Source: the human T2T-CHM13v2.0 reference genome, Homo sapiens
Length of the DNA stretch: 64,000 bases
Direction: 5' to 3' (one strand)
NCBI RefSeq assembly: GCF_009914755.1
Contig: NC_060929.1
Made by a program: the position numbers and the translations under genes. How positions within the stretch are numbered: position 1 is the first letter of the stretch; each line of letters starts with the position of its first letter. Below the pieces are notes generated by a model, which had not been told where the DNA came from, searched no databases, and saw nothing but the letters and a program-made list of their open reading frames with translations. Below, piece after piece: positions 1 to 16,619 of this stretch.

Positions 1-497
1 CAAGAACTTATACAGAGGTACATTAAGATGAAGAAACATGTTTATCTTGTTCTCTCTTCTCTGTAGCATTGAAATTTCAGCTGCAAAGAAAAGGGTAGGC
101 AAGTCAGGGCAATGTCAATTTTTCTCAATTAAAACAATTTTAAAATCCAAATGAATACTAAGGGGAGAAAGAGAGCCAACTACCAATAAGTATTTGTAAT
201 TTGATTAAAATTCTGTTTTGTTGAACTCTCCACATTATTTAATACGAGGTAGTGAGCTTAGAATAGCTTACCCTGCTCAGATAAACCATTACAAGCTTTG
301 CAATTTACTAATCATCAATCTAAAACAATTTTCTGCAATATTTTAGCCCTTCTTCACTGATACATAAAGAGAACTTGCATATAAAAACAATAGAGGAATT
401 CAAGATGCTATACATTTAAAATCTCAACTGTAGAAATGATTTTCTGCCATATCTAGTAATTCAGAGCTAGACAAAACCATTTATTTAATTATATACC

Positions 498-880
498 TGC
501 TATGGTTTGAATGTGTCCCCCAAAGTTTATGTGTTGGAAACCTAATTCTCAATGTAATGGTGTTGGGAGTTAGGGCCTAATAAGAGGTGATTAAATTATG
601 AGAGTTCTGCCCTCATGAATGGACTAATATCATTTTCCTTGGAGTGGGTTAGTTATTATGAGAATGGGTTTGTTATAAAGACAAGTTTGGCCCATTCTTG
701 CTCGCTTGCTTTTGCCTACTCTTGACCTTCTGCTTTCTGCCATGGGATGACAGAGAATGTAGGCACTCACCAGATGCCGTTGCTATGCATTTGAATTTCC
801 AGTCTCCAGAACCATGAACCATGGTTCATTATAAATTAACCAGTCCGTGAGAGTCTGTTATGAGTATAAAATGAACTAAG
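498..880 (+). mobile_element. MaLR solo LTR (MSTD/MLT1A-like)
   Basis: Starts TGCTATGGTTTGAATGTGTCCCCCAAAG, contains CCCTCATGAATGG and CCAGTCTCCAGAACCATGA, ends AAATGAACTAAG. Confidence 0.85.
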
Positions 881-2279
881 TCCCTAATGTGCAATATGAA
901 AAAAATGAATACAAGATTAATCTCTCAGACTACCTTTCACTCTCCAGTGTAGAGAAAATCAGTCCAGGGTAAAACTAACTTTATGTAATGAAGGATAAAA
1001 GGAAGAAATCAAATTAACGAAAATGGATGCATGGATTAGAAAAAAAAATCGGTAAAAAAATTAAATGGTTGTACCCAAAGGAGACACAATGCATGGTTTA
1101 AGTGGGAAACCTCACTGACCATGACATTTATTTTTAATTAGCAATTCAACTAATGTATAGCATCAGTAACATTGTCAATAATTATCTCCCAAGCTTTGTC
1201 ATTGTATATAATTTATAGAACTCTCCATATATGTTGTTGTTTCATACATTTACAATATTTTTAAAATTTAAACCAGTAGTCTAATGTAATAAGAACTATT
1301 TCACCGTGGAAGATAAAGAGTGTAATAATTCGTGTCAAAAGTCCAATGGACATTGTCTAGGTAAGCAGAATCCAGATAGTTCACCTGAAAAATAGTAAAA
1401 TGTCCAAACAGCTTCATAAATAAATAGACTATGTTTAATCTTAAAAAACTGCTAATATATGTATTTGATATTAAGAATTTTAAAATTAATTTCACTGGAG
1501 TTTGAGACTCTTAATTTAGAGAAAAATGTAACATTTTATATATACAGTTTTTGAATTCAATTTTTTTTAACAATTGAAAAACCGTACCATGCTAAGAATT
1601 TGCATTTGAACACTGAAATATTCTCTAAGTGGCCTGTTAGTGTATTAAAATTTCCTCTTAAACCTTTTTATTTTTATGTTTTTTTAAAGCTCCTAGTGGA
1701 GGGTTTGGCTACATAAAATGTATTTCATAAAGTTCGGCTCTGAAGCATAATGCCAATTGCACAGTTGCCCACATTGAGCTATGAATGGGCAGCGTTTTGT
1801 AACCATGGATATGGTGAACTTAATGCGAGAGCCATATTCATCTGAGGCTTGCAAGGGTTGGACAGTGCCCTACCGAGATATTCTTTACTGGGTCAGTGAG
1901 CGATCTCCAGCTGCCAAGTGATGTCAGCTCACTCCAGAGAATTGGCCTTGTCTGACAGAAGTATGCCCAATAAAATGTATGCATATGAATCACTGTCTTA
2001 AACTCTACTTCTAGAAAATCCAAACTATGAGACTGTTATTAAGAAAAATAAGCAGTATTTTTCTGAAATTCTTATTCTTTCTTTTTTTTCCCCAATATAA
2101 AAGGTTTTTTTTTCTTTTGCTAGTATTGCAGATTTTGTTTCACATAGCATTCTTTCTCTCTCTCACTCCCTCTCTCTTAGTCTGTCTGTCAGCGGTCAGG
2201 GATTATTATCAGTCTGTCATTGGTCAGGGATTATTTGATTTAACCTTCACAGTGGTTTTAGCAGATAGGGAGCATTATC

Positions 2280-2430
2280 ATAACTGGTTTTGTTTTGACA
2301 ACAGTTGGAGTAGCTGTAAATTGGATAATATAAATATTGGCCAAGGTCACACATTTAGTAAGTGGTGGAGTTGAGATTGCAATCTGTTCTGTCTGACTCT
2401 AGAGTAACGGAACTCTTAAGTGCTACGCCG
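2280..2430 (-). mobile_element. MIR SINE fragment
   Basis: CCAAGGTCACACATTTAGTAAGTGGTGGAG...TCTGACTCTAGAG matches the reverse-complement MIR core. Confidence 0.7.
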
Positions 2431-4564
2431 CACTGCGTCCCCTTATAATTTAGGGAGCCCAGTGTTGGTGAACGGTAGGACCTATCACCAGCTCCCTCAT
2501 AGTCCAATTAGATGCTGATCAAACATCCTTTTCAAATATTCAGGCACAGAGAATTGGGCAAATTATAATTATATATGTAGAGAGAATGTATATGAATATG
2601 CTTTACACGTCCATATAATTTAATGAAATTCATTCAGGTATGTTCATTTGGGGCAATATCCTTGTGAGGCATTGTGGAAATAAACTAATGATTTCAAACA
2701 GAAAGCAAAAGAAAAACGGGATGGTAGGAGTTCTGTTAGACAGGTATTCTGTCCTTCGCCTACCTACTAACTTAATGCAACTTTGCAAATCTATAGTAGG
2801 TTTTCTTTAGGACTACACTGCCCTGATCCTTTGTTTATGTTTTTCTCTCATCCATTGTGGATTCTAATGCCCTCAGTACTGAATAATATACACAAGTCTG
2901 ATGGTAGGGGCTACCTAATGAACCCTATACCCTATATCTGCATTTGTATATTTTTTCTTAATTTATGTTAGCTTCTTTGGTCTAAAGGTAGGAACTTAAA
3001 CTTCCTAATATTTATTTTCACTTGCGTTAATGATCTTTTGTTTAGAATTATTTATGTACTCATAATATTGCTCCTTAATGTATTCTCAAATGTGTTACTT
3101 GGAATCTTTCTCACAGAACTTTGGCATGTTTCTATGTTTATACTTCTGGTTTTTTTTTTTAATTCTTTAATTATCTAAATTTTTAGTATCTGAATTATTT
3201 ACTTTTGTATATATCTTTTATTCTCATCAATGTTTACCTGGAATAGTACAGGGACAAATTCCAATATTCTTACTTATCACAGCATATTACTTGGCAAGTC
3301 CTCAGATTTATCAGTATTATATTTGAAGATAAAGAGCTATCTAATAAAATAGAATAAAGACATTCAAAAGTTAAATTTTAAAAATTTCATCAGTGGATTT
3401 TAATTGGGAAATATGCATGTTTCAATAAACACTATAAATTGTTTCTGGAACCTGTGCATCTTTCTTCTGCCAAATTGCATTTGGAACATTTTTACAAAAT
3501 TAATTGTACAACCTTGTTAATGAGTATTCTTTTTGCAGCTTGTCATAATTTCTAGAGGTCATTATGATTTTGTCATGTTATTTTAATCACTTATTTGCAT
3601 ATTATTTGTATAATTTGGTAAAAAGGAGACATTAAAATAAATAATGAGGAGATGAAAACTAGTTTCTTGGAAAAAACATCTCTCATTCCTCTGGAATGAG
3701 TTGCATGTCTTTGTTCAAGTTTGTTTGCTATTGTTGTATGTGTTTTAAATCATGATTAATACATAGTAAACAACATTATAGGTTGTTTATTAATTTCAAA
3801 TACACAGAGTTTTTTTCTGAAATAAATATGATCAGATAGTAGACATTGATTTGATAACTTTAAACTGAAATATATAGTTATTTAATTTAAAATCAAACCT
3901 ATAAAAATTCTAAAGAGATACAGAAGGCACTGACTTATTTGGTGTTTTTAAGAACAAATGTGAAAATGCGATTGATAAAATTATTATTTATACACTATGT
4001 ATGTGTTGCACACATATGTATGTTTATAAATATATATATATGATTGTTTGTGTATGTAAGTATATTTCTCCTAAATCCCTCACTTCAGTCTTATTTCTTC
4101 TATAATCTAGTGTCAAGAGATGAACATTCATAATATATCCATGGTTGTAACCAAAATCTCTGATTGTAATTAATCCATATATTATTTCTTAGTTTTATAG
4201 TAGATTAACAGAAAAAATATTCAAATAAATTAGATTATTCCCTAAATGGGTCAGAATTATTTATATAGAAGGTCTTATGAAAAATATTTAGGAAATTCAG
4301 GTTTGGAATTTCTGCATTCTATGAATTTCCACATATGAAATCAGATAATGGTCATCTCAAAATAAATTATTTTAAGAGAAATTAAATTGGCTCTAGGAAA
4401 CTACATAATTATTATATGAAAAGATGTAAATTTATGCATAAATGACCACCTGGTAAATAAAGTCACTTTACAAGAAACTTAATTTTTCTGAAATATAGAC
4501 ACTAATTCCACATAGGGAAGGTTTGTATGTTTGTAAAAAATAAGAGAAATCACATCACGTTTCA

Positions 4565-5583
<1,019 letters not shown>

Positions 5584-6733
5584 ATGTGTGATGTCAGTAA
5601 CAGAGCTACAGATTCATAGTAGGGTCTTTCTCAATAATGATTTTGTTCATACTGCATCTTCTAAAAGAGGAGAGTCATAAAACTTGATTATTTAATCATG
5701 ATTAGGAAAGTTTGGTATATAACACAGTAGCCAAATTTTATACAGTTGTGGCTACTGTGAAATAGGAAGCTCAGCAGCAGTCATTGGGAGCGTGCATGTC
5801 TTGGCCGTGAGTAATCTGAGTAAATTCTACAAATATGTTTCAGTAATTGAAAACAGAAGACATTCATATGAAATTTGCCAAAAGTCCTATTCCCAGCGAT
5901 TAAGTAATTATCTGTTATAAATCAAAATTACTCCAATAGTCATGAAAATTATATATTTATACGGCTAAATTATTCTTCCTAAGAATAATTCAAGATCTCT
6001 TTGTCTCTTCCAATCAAGGCAAACTGATGTAGTTCCTGCTCTGCTGACTTTTTTAAACTAACTTTTCTGCTGGAAAATTCTATCTGTCAATAAGAGTTCT
6101 TAAAAGGATTTGTATTAAGCCTTCCACAGATACTCTGATATTAAAATCAGGTCTGAGTAAACAGGTACATTCTGTGTAGTTAAAATTAAATACTGCTATA
6201 AATATGCCCAGTGGGATCATCCAATTTACTAGTCACTTCAGAGCTGATATGAAGGTCAAAAGGTACTTGGCAACATCGTTTGGAATTGGGATTACTTGTA
6301 GGTTATTTATCCTTGAGAAGTATTGTAATGTCTGTGTATAAAGTGCATTATTCCTTAGAAACTGCCTCGGTCAAATAACACAAGCTTAAGATTTTCATTT
6401 TCTGTCCCTTTATGCTGTGTACATGCAGAGTCAATCCATTGTTATTACACAGCCAATTATAGGACCAAAACATAATTTGCATTTCTTTTCTCCTTTTTAG
6501 TCATAATCTTGATGATTGTAGCCAAGCTCTATTTTGTAATTTTAAAGAAATCCCCTAAATGTACTTCCACAAGCCATTTTAATTATTCTCATGATATCTG
6601 TGGTAAGTAGGTGAAAATAGTCACTAACAGCCATAAATGATAACTAAGAAGTATGTGACCATAGCAATGTGTTAGGAGACACATATTTACGGGATTTTTA
6701 TTTAAATTGATTAGCATTGCTTCATGCATACAC

Positions 6734-6965
6734 CAGTGGTTCTCAACTGTCCATCAGAGTAAGCTGGCAAGATTGTTAATAGTTTACTCAGGTTCATGCC
6801 CAGAGATGGTTCTCATTTTCTATGTCTCTATCTCTACCTGATGCCCAGAGATTGTTCATGCCCAGAGATAGTTCACTTTCTCTAAGTGTATCTCTAGCTC
6901 TCTCTCTCTTTATCATGTCCTACTTCCAGATGATACAAATTTGCAGCTAAGGCTGAGAAACGCTG
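6734..6965. mobile_element. MER5A-like hAT-Charlie MITE with rearranged interior
   Basis: Terminal inverted repeats CAGTGGTTCTCA / TGAGAAACGCTG; interior carries repeated ATGCCCAGAGAT. Confidence 0.6.
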
Positions 6966-7056
6966 ATCTAGGTGAGAATGTACCAAGCAGAAAGATTAAG
7001 TGAATTATTAATGCCCACAAAGTCATTTCAAATGTGTATTTATTTATTCAATTGAT

Positions 7057-7178
7057 TTGACTGAAAACTAGTTCTCAGCATTTTAACATATTTTCCTCTA
7101 AAGATGTAAGCCATTGGCTGACTGACTTGACTGAAAACTAGTTCTCAGCATTTTAACAGATTTTCCACTAAAGACGTA
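7057..7178. repeat. Local direct duplication, 70-bp period
   Basis: TTGACTGAAAACTAGTTCTCAGCATTTTAACA(T/G)ATTTTCC(T/A)CTAAAGA(T/C)GTA at 7057 and 7127. Confidence 0.95.
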
Positions 7179-7619
7179 GACAGAGTTTGCATTTTGAGAC
7201 AAGGACACAGGGTAACATTTAATCAATCTAATTAACAGCAGGAAATAAATGGGTATTACCCACTAGATTGTGATCGTCATTAAAAAAGGACTAATGCCTA
7301 TTTTGAAAGCTTTACAAACATATTTGAGTGATTGAATAAATAAATACACATTTGATTTTATACATCCCAGATTCAGTACATTGTGATGAATTATAAAAAG
7401 AAAAAAAATCATTATACTTTCCATTTCCAAAATATATTCAAAAGTAAAAATATTAACAAATTTCAATTTCCGATGATTACTACTACTTCACAATAAATTC
7501 AGGAAAAATTCCATAATAATTCACAAAAACTCTGTACTTAACAGGAAACAACTCTCATTGGTATTAGATAGATAGACAGACCTTGCATTATTTATACCAA
7601 ATGACATTTTCTTTTTTTT

Positions 7620-7755
7620 ATTTTGCAGGTTTAATAAAGTATAATTCAAAAATTGTGTGATTAATGTATACTATCTAATTATTTGGTATGTATATATTAT
7701 GTGAAATGATAATGATCAAGTCAGTTAACACATCTATAATCTCACCTAGTTAGTT
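7620..7755 (-). mobile_element. L1MA-type 3' end, first part (interrupted by an L1PA)
   Basis: GTGAAATGAT...ATCAAGTCAGTTAACACATCTATAATCTCACCTAGTTA resembles the antisense L1MA 3' UTR. Confidence 0.65.
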
Positions 7756-10362
7756 TGCTTTGTTTTGCTTTTGATTTTGTTTTTAATTTCAACTTTTAGT
7801 TTAGATATGAGGGTACATATACAAGTTTGTTACACGAGTCTGTTGTGTGATGCTGAGGTTTGGGGTATGCATCACATCACCCAGGTAGTAAGCATAGTAC
7901 ATGATAGGTAGTTTTTCAATTCACACCACTCTTTTTTTCTACCCCATCTAGTAGTCCACAGTGTCTCTTTTTCCCATGTTTATGCCCATGTGTGCTCAGT
8001 ATTTATTTCCCACTTATAAGTGAGGACATGCCATATTTGGTTTTGTGTTCCTGCACTAATTTGCTTAGTATTATGACCACCAGCTGCAACCATGTTTCTG
8101 CAAAGGACCTGATTTCGTTCTTTTTTCTATGGCTCTGTAGTACTCCATAATGTATTTATACCACATTTTCTTTACCCAATCCACCACCACTAATGAGCAC
8201 CTCAGTTGATTCTATGTCTTTGCTGTTGTGAACAGCATGATGATGAACATTTAGGTACATGTGTCCATTTGGTAGAATGATCTATGTTTCCTTTGGGCAT
8301 ATATGCAATGATAGGATTGCTGGGACAAATTGTAGCTCTATGATAAGTTCTTTGAGAAATCTCCAAACTACTTTCCACAGTGGCTGAACTAATTCATATA
8401 CCCAGCAACAGTGTATACACATTCCCTATTCTCCACAGCCTTGCCGGCATCTGTTATTATTATTATTTTTTTTCACTTTTTAGTAATAGCCACTGTGAGT
8501 GGCATGAGATAGTATCTCATTGTGGTATAGATTTGCATTTCTTTGATGATTAGTGATGTTGAACTTTTTGGCCACTTGTATGTCTTCTATTCAGAAGTGT
8601 CTGTTAACGTCTATTGCCTGTTTATTAATGAGATTGTTTTTTGTTTCTTGATTTGTTTAAGTTCATTATAGATTCTGGATATCAGACTTTTGTCAGATAC
8701 AAGGTGATTTGTATATATTTGCGAATATTTTCTCCCACTCTATAGGTTGTCTACTTTGTAAAGTTTATTTTTCTGTGCAGAAGCAATTTAGTTTAATTAC
8801 ATCACACCTGTCAATTTCTGTTTTTGTTGAAATTGCTTTTGGGGACTTAGCCAAAAATTATTGGCCATGGCCAACATAAAGAAAGGTATTTTCTAGGTTT
8901 TCTTCTAGGATTTTAGTTTGAGGACTTATTTTAAAAGCTTTAATCGATCTTGAGTTAGCTTTGTATACAGTGAAAGTTAGGGGTCCAGATTCATTCTTCT
9001 GTATGTGACTAGCCAACTATCCCAGCACTACTTATTAAATAGGTAGTCCTATCCCAATTGCTTATTATTGTCCACCTTGTTGACGATCAGGTGATTGTAA
9101 GTGTGAGTCTTTATTTGCAGGTTTTTTGTTCTGTACCATTGATCTACATGTGTGTTTTTGTACAAGTATCATGCTATTTTTGTGACTGTGGCCTTACAGT
9201 ATAGTTTGAACTTTGGTAGTACAATGTCTCTGGATTTGTTCTATTTACTTAGAATTGCATTGGTTATTTAGGATCTTTTTAGGTTCCATATGACATTGGT
9301 AGTTTGCTAGGAATAGTGTCAAATCTTTAAATTGCTTTGGGCATTATGGCTATTTTTATGATATTGAGTCTTCCTATACATGAGCATGTAAGCTTTTCCA
9401 TTTATTAGTGTCATCTTCTTTTTCTATATGGATGCCTTTCATTTTTTTCTTTCACTTTATTACTCTGACTAGAACTTCTAGTATACATTGAATAGGAGTG
9501 GTGAGAGTGGGCACCTTTGTCTTGCAGTTCTTAAGGGGAATGGTTCCAGCTTTGGCCTATTTGGTATGATGTTGGCTGTGAGTTTACCATAGATGGCTTT
9601 TATTATTTTGACCTATGTTTTGTGATGCCAACTCTGTTGAGAGTTTTTTTTATCATGGAGGGCTGTTGGATTTTATCAAAAGTCTTTTTTTATATCTGTT
9701 GAAATAATCATATGGTTTTACTGTCTAATTCTGTTTATGTGGTGAATCATATTTATAGATTTGTATGGGTTGAAACAACTTTGCATCACAGGAATAAAAC
9801 CTTCTTGATCATGGTGAATTAATTTTTTGATGTGCTGCTGGATCCAGTATGCTAGTATTTTGTTGAGTATTTTTATGGCTATGTTCATCAGGGATACTGG
9901 CAGGAAGTTTTGTTTTTGATTTTTTTTTTCACTGTGTCTCTGCCAGATTGTGGTATCAGGTTGATGCTGGTTTCATAAAATTAGTTAGGAAGGAGTCTCC
10001 CTCAATTTTTTGGAATAGTTTCAGTAGGATTGATATCAGTTCTTTTTTATACATATGAGAGAATTTAACTGTAAATCCATCTGGTACAGGGCTTTTTTTG
10101 GTTGGTAGGTTTTTTGTTACTGATACAATTTCAGAACTTGATATTGGTCTATTCAGGATTTTATTTTTTTCCTAGTTCAATTCTGAGGTATTATCTGTTT
10201 CCAGAAATATATATATATTGCCTCCAGATTTTGTAATTTTTGTGCATAGAGTTGTTCATAGTAGTCTGAGTTGTTTTGTATTTCTGAAAAATCATTTGTA
10301 ATATTTTCTTTCTAATTTCTGATGGGATTTTCTTCTTGTGCTGTTGTTGTTAATTCAGATAG

Positions 10363-10758
<396 letters not shown>

Positions 10759-12988
10759 TAGTTATTTTTACTGATAATTTGAGATATTTCTAACTTCTTG
10801 ATGAAGGTGTTTAGGGCTATAAGCTTTTCTCTTACCACTGCTTTAGCTACATCCCAGAGCTTTTGATAAGTTTTGTCCTTATTTTCATTAATTCCAATGA
10901 ATTTTTTATTTCTGCCTTAATTTTGATGTTCTCTGAAGAGTTAGTTATTCAGGAGTAAATTGTTTAATTTTAATGTATTTGTGTAATTTTGAGAGATTTT
11001 ATTGATATTTACTTCTTTTTTTATTGCATTCTGTTCTGAAAATGTGCTTGGTATGATATCTAATTCTTTGAATTTATTGAGACTTGCTTTATGACTGACC
11101 ATGTGGTCAATATTAGAACATGTTCTGTGTGAAGGTCAGAAGAATGTATATTCTGTGGTTGCTGGGTGGAGTGTTCTTTGGATGTCTATTAGATACATTT
11201 GGTCTAGTGTCAAGTTTAAGTCAAGTGTCAAAGTTAAGTTTCTTTGTTAGAGTTCTGCTTTGATAATCTGTCTAATGCTGTCACTGGGGTGTTGACGTCT
11301 TCCACTATTAATGTGTGGCTAAATAAGTCTTTTGGTAGATAAAGAGGAACTTGTTTTATCAATCTGGGTGCTCCAATGTTGGGTGCATATATATTTAAGA
11401 CAGTTAGTTATGTCTTCTTGTTGTATTATATCCTTTATCATTACGTAATGCCTTTCTTAATTATTATTGGTTTTAAGTCTGTTTTATCTGATACAAGAAT
11501 AGTGATTCTTGCTCTTTTTTGTTGTTGTCCTTTTGCTTGGTAGATCATTCTCTATCATTTTGCTTTGAGCTTGTGGATTTCATTATAGGTCTCTTGAAGA
11601 CAAAAGGCAGTTAATTCTTGTCTTTTTATCCCGCCTGACACTCTGTGTCTTTTAAGTGGGGTGTTTAATCCATTTAAACTCAAGGTGAGTATTGATATGT
11701 GAGATTTTGATCCTTTCATCAGGTTGTTAGCTGAGTGTGATATAGACTTGAACATGTAGTTGCTTTACAGTGTCTGCGGGCTATGTGCTTAAGTGTGTTT
11801 TTGCAGTAGCAGGTGTCATTTTTCAATTTCACGTTCAGCATTTCCTTAAGGACCTCTTGTAAGGCTGATCTAATGGAAACAAATGTCCTCAGTATTTGCT
11901 TTTCTGAGAAGAATTTTATTTCTTCATTGATGAAGTTTAGTTTGGTGGGATATGAAAGTCTTCACTGGCATTTCCTTTTTTATGTTGCTGAAACTAAGCC
12001 CAATCTCTTCTGGTTTGTAAAACTTCTACTGAGAGGTCCATTGCCAGCCTGATGGGGTTCTGTCTGTGTATAATATATATGACCTGACTCTTCTTTCTGG
12101 CAGCCTTTAAGATTTTTCCTTTTGTGCTGACCTTGGTGAATCTAATTTTGAGCCTTGGGGATGGTTGACTTTTACAGCATCTGGCCAGAATGCTCTCTAT
12201 TTCTTGAATTTGCAAGTCAATTTCGCTAGCAAGATTAAGAAAATTTTCATGGCCTATGTCCTCAAGTGTATTTTACAAGTCTTTCATTCTTTCTCCTTTT
12301 CTCGCAGGAATTGCAATGAGTCATATATTTGATCTCTTTATAGAATCCCATATTTCTCTAAGGTTTTGTTCATTTTAAACTTATTTTGTATTCATTTTTT
12401 GTCTAATTAAGCCTGGTTTAAAGGACCAGTTACTGAGCTCTGAGATTCTTTCCTCACCTTGGTCCATTTTGCTGTTAATACTTCCGATTATATATCTTGT
12501 AGTGAATTTTTGAGCTCTAGAAGTTCAGTGTGGTTCTTTCTTTTAAAAGTTACTAATCTTTCAGTCCTTCCATCATTTTACTATATTCCTTGCATTCCTT
12601 GGATTGGGTTTTAATTTTATCCTAAGTCTTGATGTGCTTTCTTGCTATACAAATTCTGAATTCTACATCCATCATCTCAGTCATTTCAGACTGGTTAAGA
12701 ACCATTACCGGAGAGCTAGTGGACTCCTTTGGAAGTAAGTACACACTCTGGCTTTTTAAATTGCCAGAGTACTTGTGCTGATTCTTTCTCCTCTGAGAGG
12801 GCTGGTGTTCTTTTAAACGTGACTAAGTTGAGTACGGTCAGTTGGCTTTTCTTTTTGGGTGTTTTCCGAGGGCCAGACCTCAGTACAAGGTCTTTATTTG
12901 TGGCTGAGTTCTTGTTCTTGGTTTCACGGGGAAGTATATTAGCAAAAGATATTTGATGTTTTAGTTTGGGCTGTGATCCACTAAATGA

Positions 12989-13465
<477 letters not shown>

Positions 13466-13834
13466 GCCTCTGTTTCTTCTATTAGATGTTCTGGACCATG
13501 GGGCTTCTTTGGGCAGATGGGGTATTATGGGGATAAGCCACACACTTTTTGAACTGGCCCTGTCAAGGGGGACATAACCAGTTCCTGTGCCACCCCATCA
13601 ATCCCCACCTATTCTGAGTGTTGGCTCCTCCCCTGCTTGAGTAATGGCCACAGATCTTGGCTCGGCACTCCCAAGCTGCATGCTGAATTCCTGGGACAAC
13701 AAGACTGGCTTGTGGCTCCATTCTCCAGATCCTTGGGTTGGCTTCTGGGTGCACCAGGAGATCTGAAATGCTCTCAGGCCACCAGGAAAGTACTCAAATG
13801 CAAGAAAGCACCCAGACACTCTGAGCTTTTGGTG

Positions 13835-13994
13835 TTATAACTGCAATTTATACCATTTGACTGACACCACCCTCTTTTTTATATGTCCATGCCCCTAGTA
13901 ACCACCATTCCGCTGTCTACTTCTATAAGTTTAACTTTTTAAGATTCCACATATAAATGAGATTCTGCAATATTAGTCTTTTTTTTGTCTGACT
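13835..13994 (-). mobile_element. L1MA-type 3' end, second part
   Basis: CCCCTAGTAACCACCATTC...AGATTCCACATATAAATGAGAT continues the 7620-7755 element. Confidence 0.75.
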
Positions 13995-14111
13995 CATCAT
14001 CAGGGTAATGCAAATCAAAACCACAATGAGATAACACTGCATACCTGAGATGATGGCTACTATCAAAAAAGATAAGAGATAACACAAGTGTTGGCAAAGA
14101 TGTGGAGAAAC
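13995..14111 (+). mobile_element. L1 ORF2 C-terminal fragment in the opposite orientation
   Basis: CATCAGGGTAATGCAAATCAAAACCACAATGAGATA encodes the MQIKTTMR region. Confidence 0.8.
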
Positions 14112-14640
<529 letters not shown>

Positions 14641-16377
14641 CAAGTGACATAATTCCTTTATGAGTCTACGTCCATTAACCAAAAATGGACATTTATGGAG
14701 GTCAGGAATTTATAATTGACAAGCATTGTAATTATGACCCAAGCAACATATTGATTTGTTTTGTTTTCTTTAGAATACAGTTTTCCTAAAACATTATTAG
14801 AGTGCTACAAATTTTCAGTTTGTGAAATCATTTGAGTCTGTGAAGTTGAAAGCATGTGTGTGTATGCATGTGTGTATCATCTTTCCAATCTAAAGCACGT
14901 TTGCTAATACCCTGCGGGTGAGAAATCTATCATGAAAGAAGAATTTTTTTAATTTTACCACCTCTTCAAAATGCAGACTTTCTAATCCCCATAGGGATGT
15001 CCTGAGAACACCAAATAAAGTTATCCATCCTAACAAGTGTTCACAATTTTGACCAACAAACAACCACCTACATATATTATCTCTAGTTGTCTGACTTATT
15101 TCTCATACGAATATTTATCAATAATTTATCATCTTGAACAAGTTTTATTCTTAATGTATTGGACAGTGTTAATAACTTTGGAATTAATAATATTTCTATA
15201 TTCTCAAACAAAATTTATGTCATCCTAATGCTGTTTAATCTCCTTTCCTCTCTAAGAACTCAGAGTCCTCATGGTTCACTCTGAGGACAATGGGACAGTA
15301 TTCTTTAGAAAAACCCAGATGATTTCCCAGCTGGCTCAGACTGGAAGCACACGCATCTCCCAAACAATATTCATGAATTACTGATACAGTCTGCCAATCC
15401 TAGAATAAAGATTCTAATTCTTCCTTCTGCAGTGACATTTTTATTTCTCCTTTCATTTCATATAGCTCTGGTTCTCCCAAAAGAAAGCTCCTCAAATCTT
15501 CAACTCTCCGCTGAGTCATAGGTATTGCTCACAACTTCAATGGCTGTAGCCTCCATTGTGACAGTGTGCCCTGAATTCTTTGTTGAGGATGTGCTGGTGC
15601 AGAGAGTAAAATCAGTGGGTGTCTGTACTTCTATATTAAGCTATAACCAATAATGAATATTGACATTTTGTTCTACTAGATTTATGTCCCAGCTTTGGTC
15701 TGTGGTGTCCAGTTTAGCAAGTGTAAGCACCTACGTGATTTGCTCATTTTCTGACCAGAAATAAGACGGTACTTCAGATAAACATAATGTTAACCCATTT
15801 CAACAGACTCTAATACATCACTGGATAATCAGATCTTGCTAATTTCTTTTAATTTTGGGTGCCTAGGATCTCCTAGATGATGCAGAGAGAAATAGTGATT
15901 CTAGGTCAGTTTATTGTACTCTTTAACTTAATGAGATTAGTTCTATCATTTTATTTCTGAAGCAATGTTAAGTTTTAGTTGATGCAGTTTGTCAAGTAAA
16001 AAAAAAAAAAATTGTTTCTAGTAATCCAAACATTTTATACCAAGATCTGTATAGAACTTTATCAAAGGATATTTTCTATGATAGTTGAATTGATTGTATT
16101 TTTCCTTTTAATTGGTTAAAGTGGTTAAGTTCATTATTTCCTACTCTATCTATGAAGATCTCAAGGGTAATTTAGGGATTCTACTAATTTTGAGAGGGGA
16201 GGATAGGGTGATGAAATTTTGCTATGTTTTTTATGAAGTATACTTTAATGTGCTTAAAGAAATTGGGTAAAATACTTAAATTTACTTTTAATTATTTTTT
16301 AATATTCCATAATATTTTACTTTTAACTTACCACACTTCTCCAAAATGTATCATGATTACATAGAAAAATAAGTCCA

Positions 16378-16548
16378 TGTGTGTATGTGTAAGTATATAT
16401 AAACACACATATATGTATGCATATGTGTATATATACACACATATTTACATTCAAATATATGTATACATATGCTTATATATTATGAATACCTTCATATATA
16501 GAAATGTGTACAATATGTATATACAAACGTACTTAGATACATACAATA
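16378..16548. repeat. Degenerate (TA/CA/TG)n low-complexity tract
   Basis: Alternating purine-pyrimidine run. Confidence 0.8.
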
Positions 16549-16619
16549 TGTCTAAGCTTCATCATTTGGGAATCCTCCTTCAGGCTAACCCTTCTTAAAA
16601 ATATTGTGTGACACTTAGA

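Noticed and set aside
7057-7178. Repeat-spacer-repeat pattern as a CRISPR-like array
   Set aside because: Only two copies, a eukaryotic context and no cas genes; it is a simple tandem duplication.
15510-15519. GCTGAGTCAT AP-1/ARE-like motif
   Set aside because: A single short motif is expected by chance in 64 kb and has no supporting context.
16377-16598. Tyr/Ile/His-rich ORFs (also 25340 and 36408)
   Set aside because: Translations of (TA/CA)n microsatellites.
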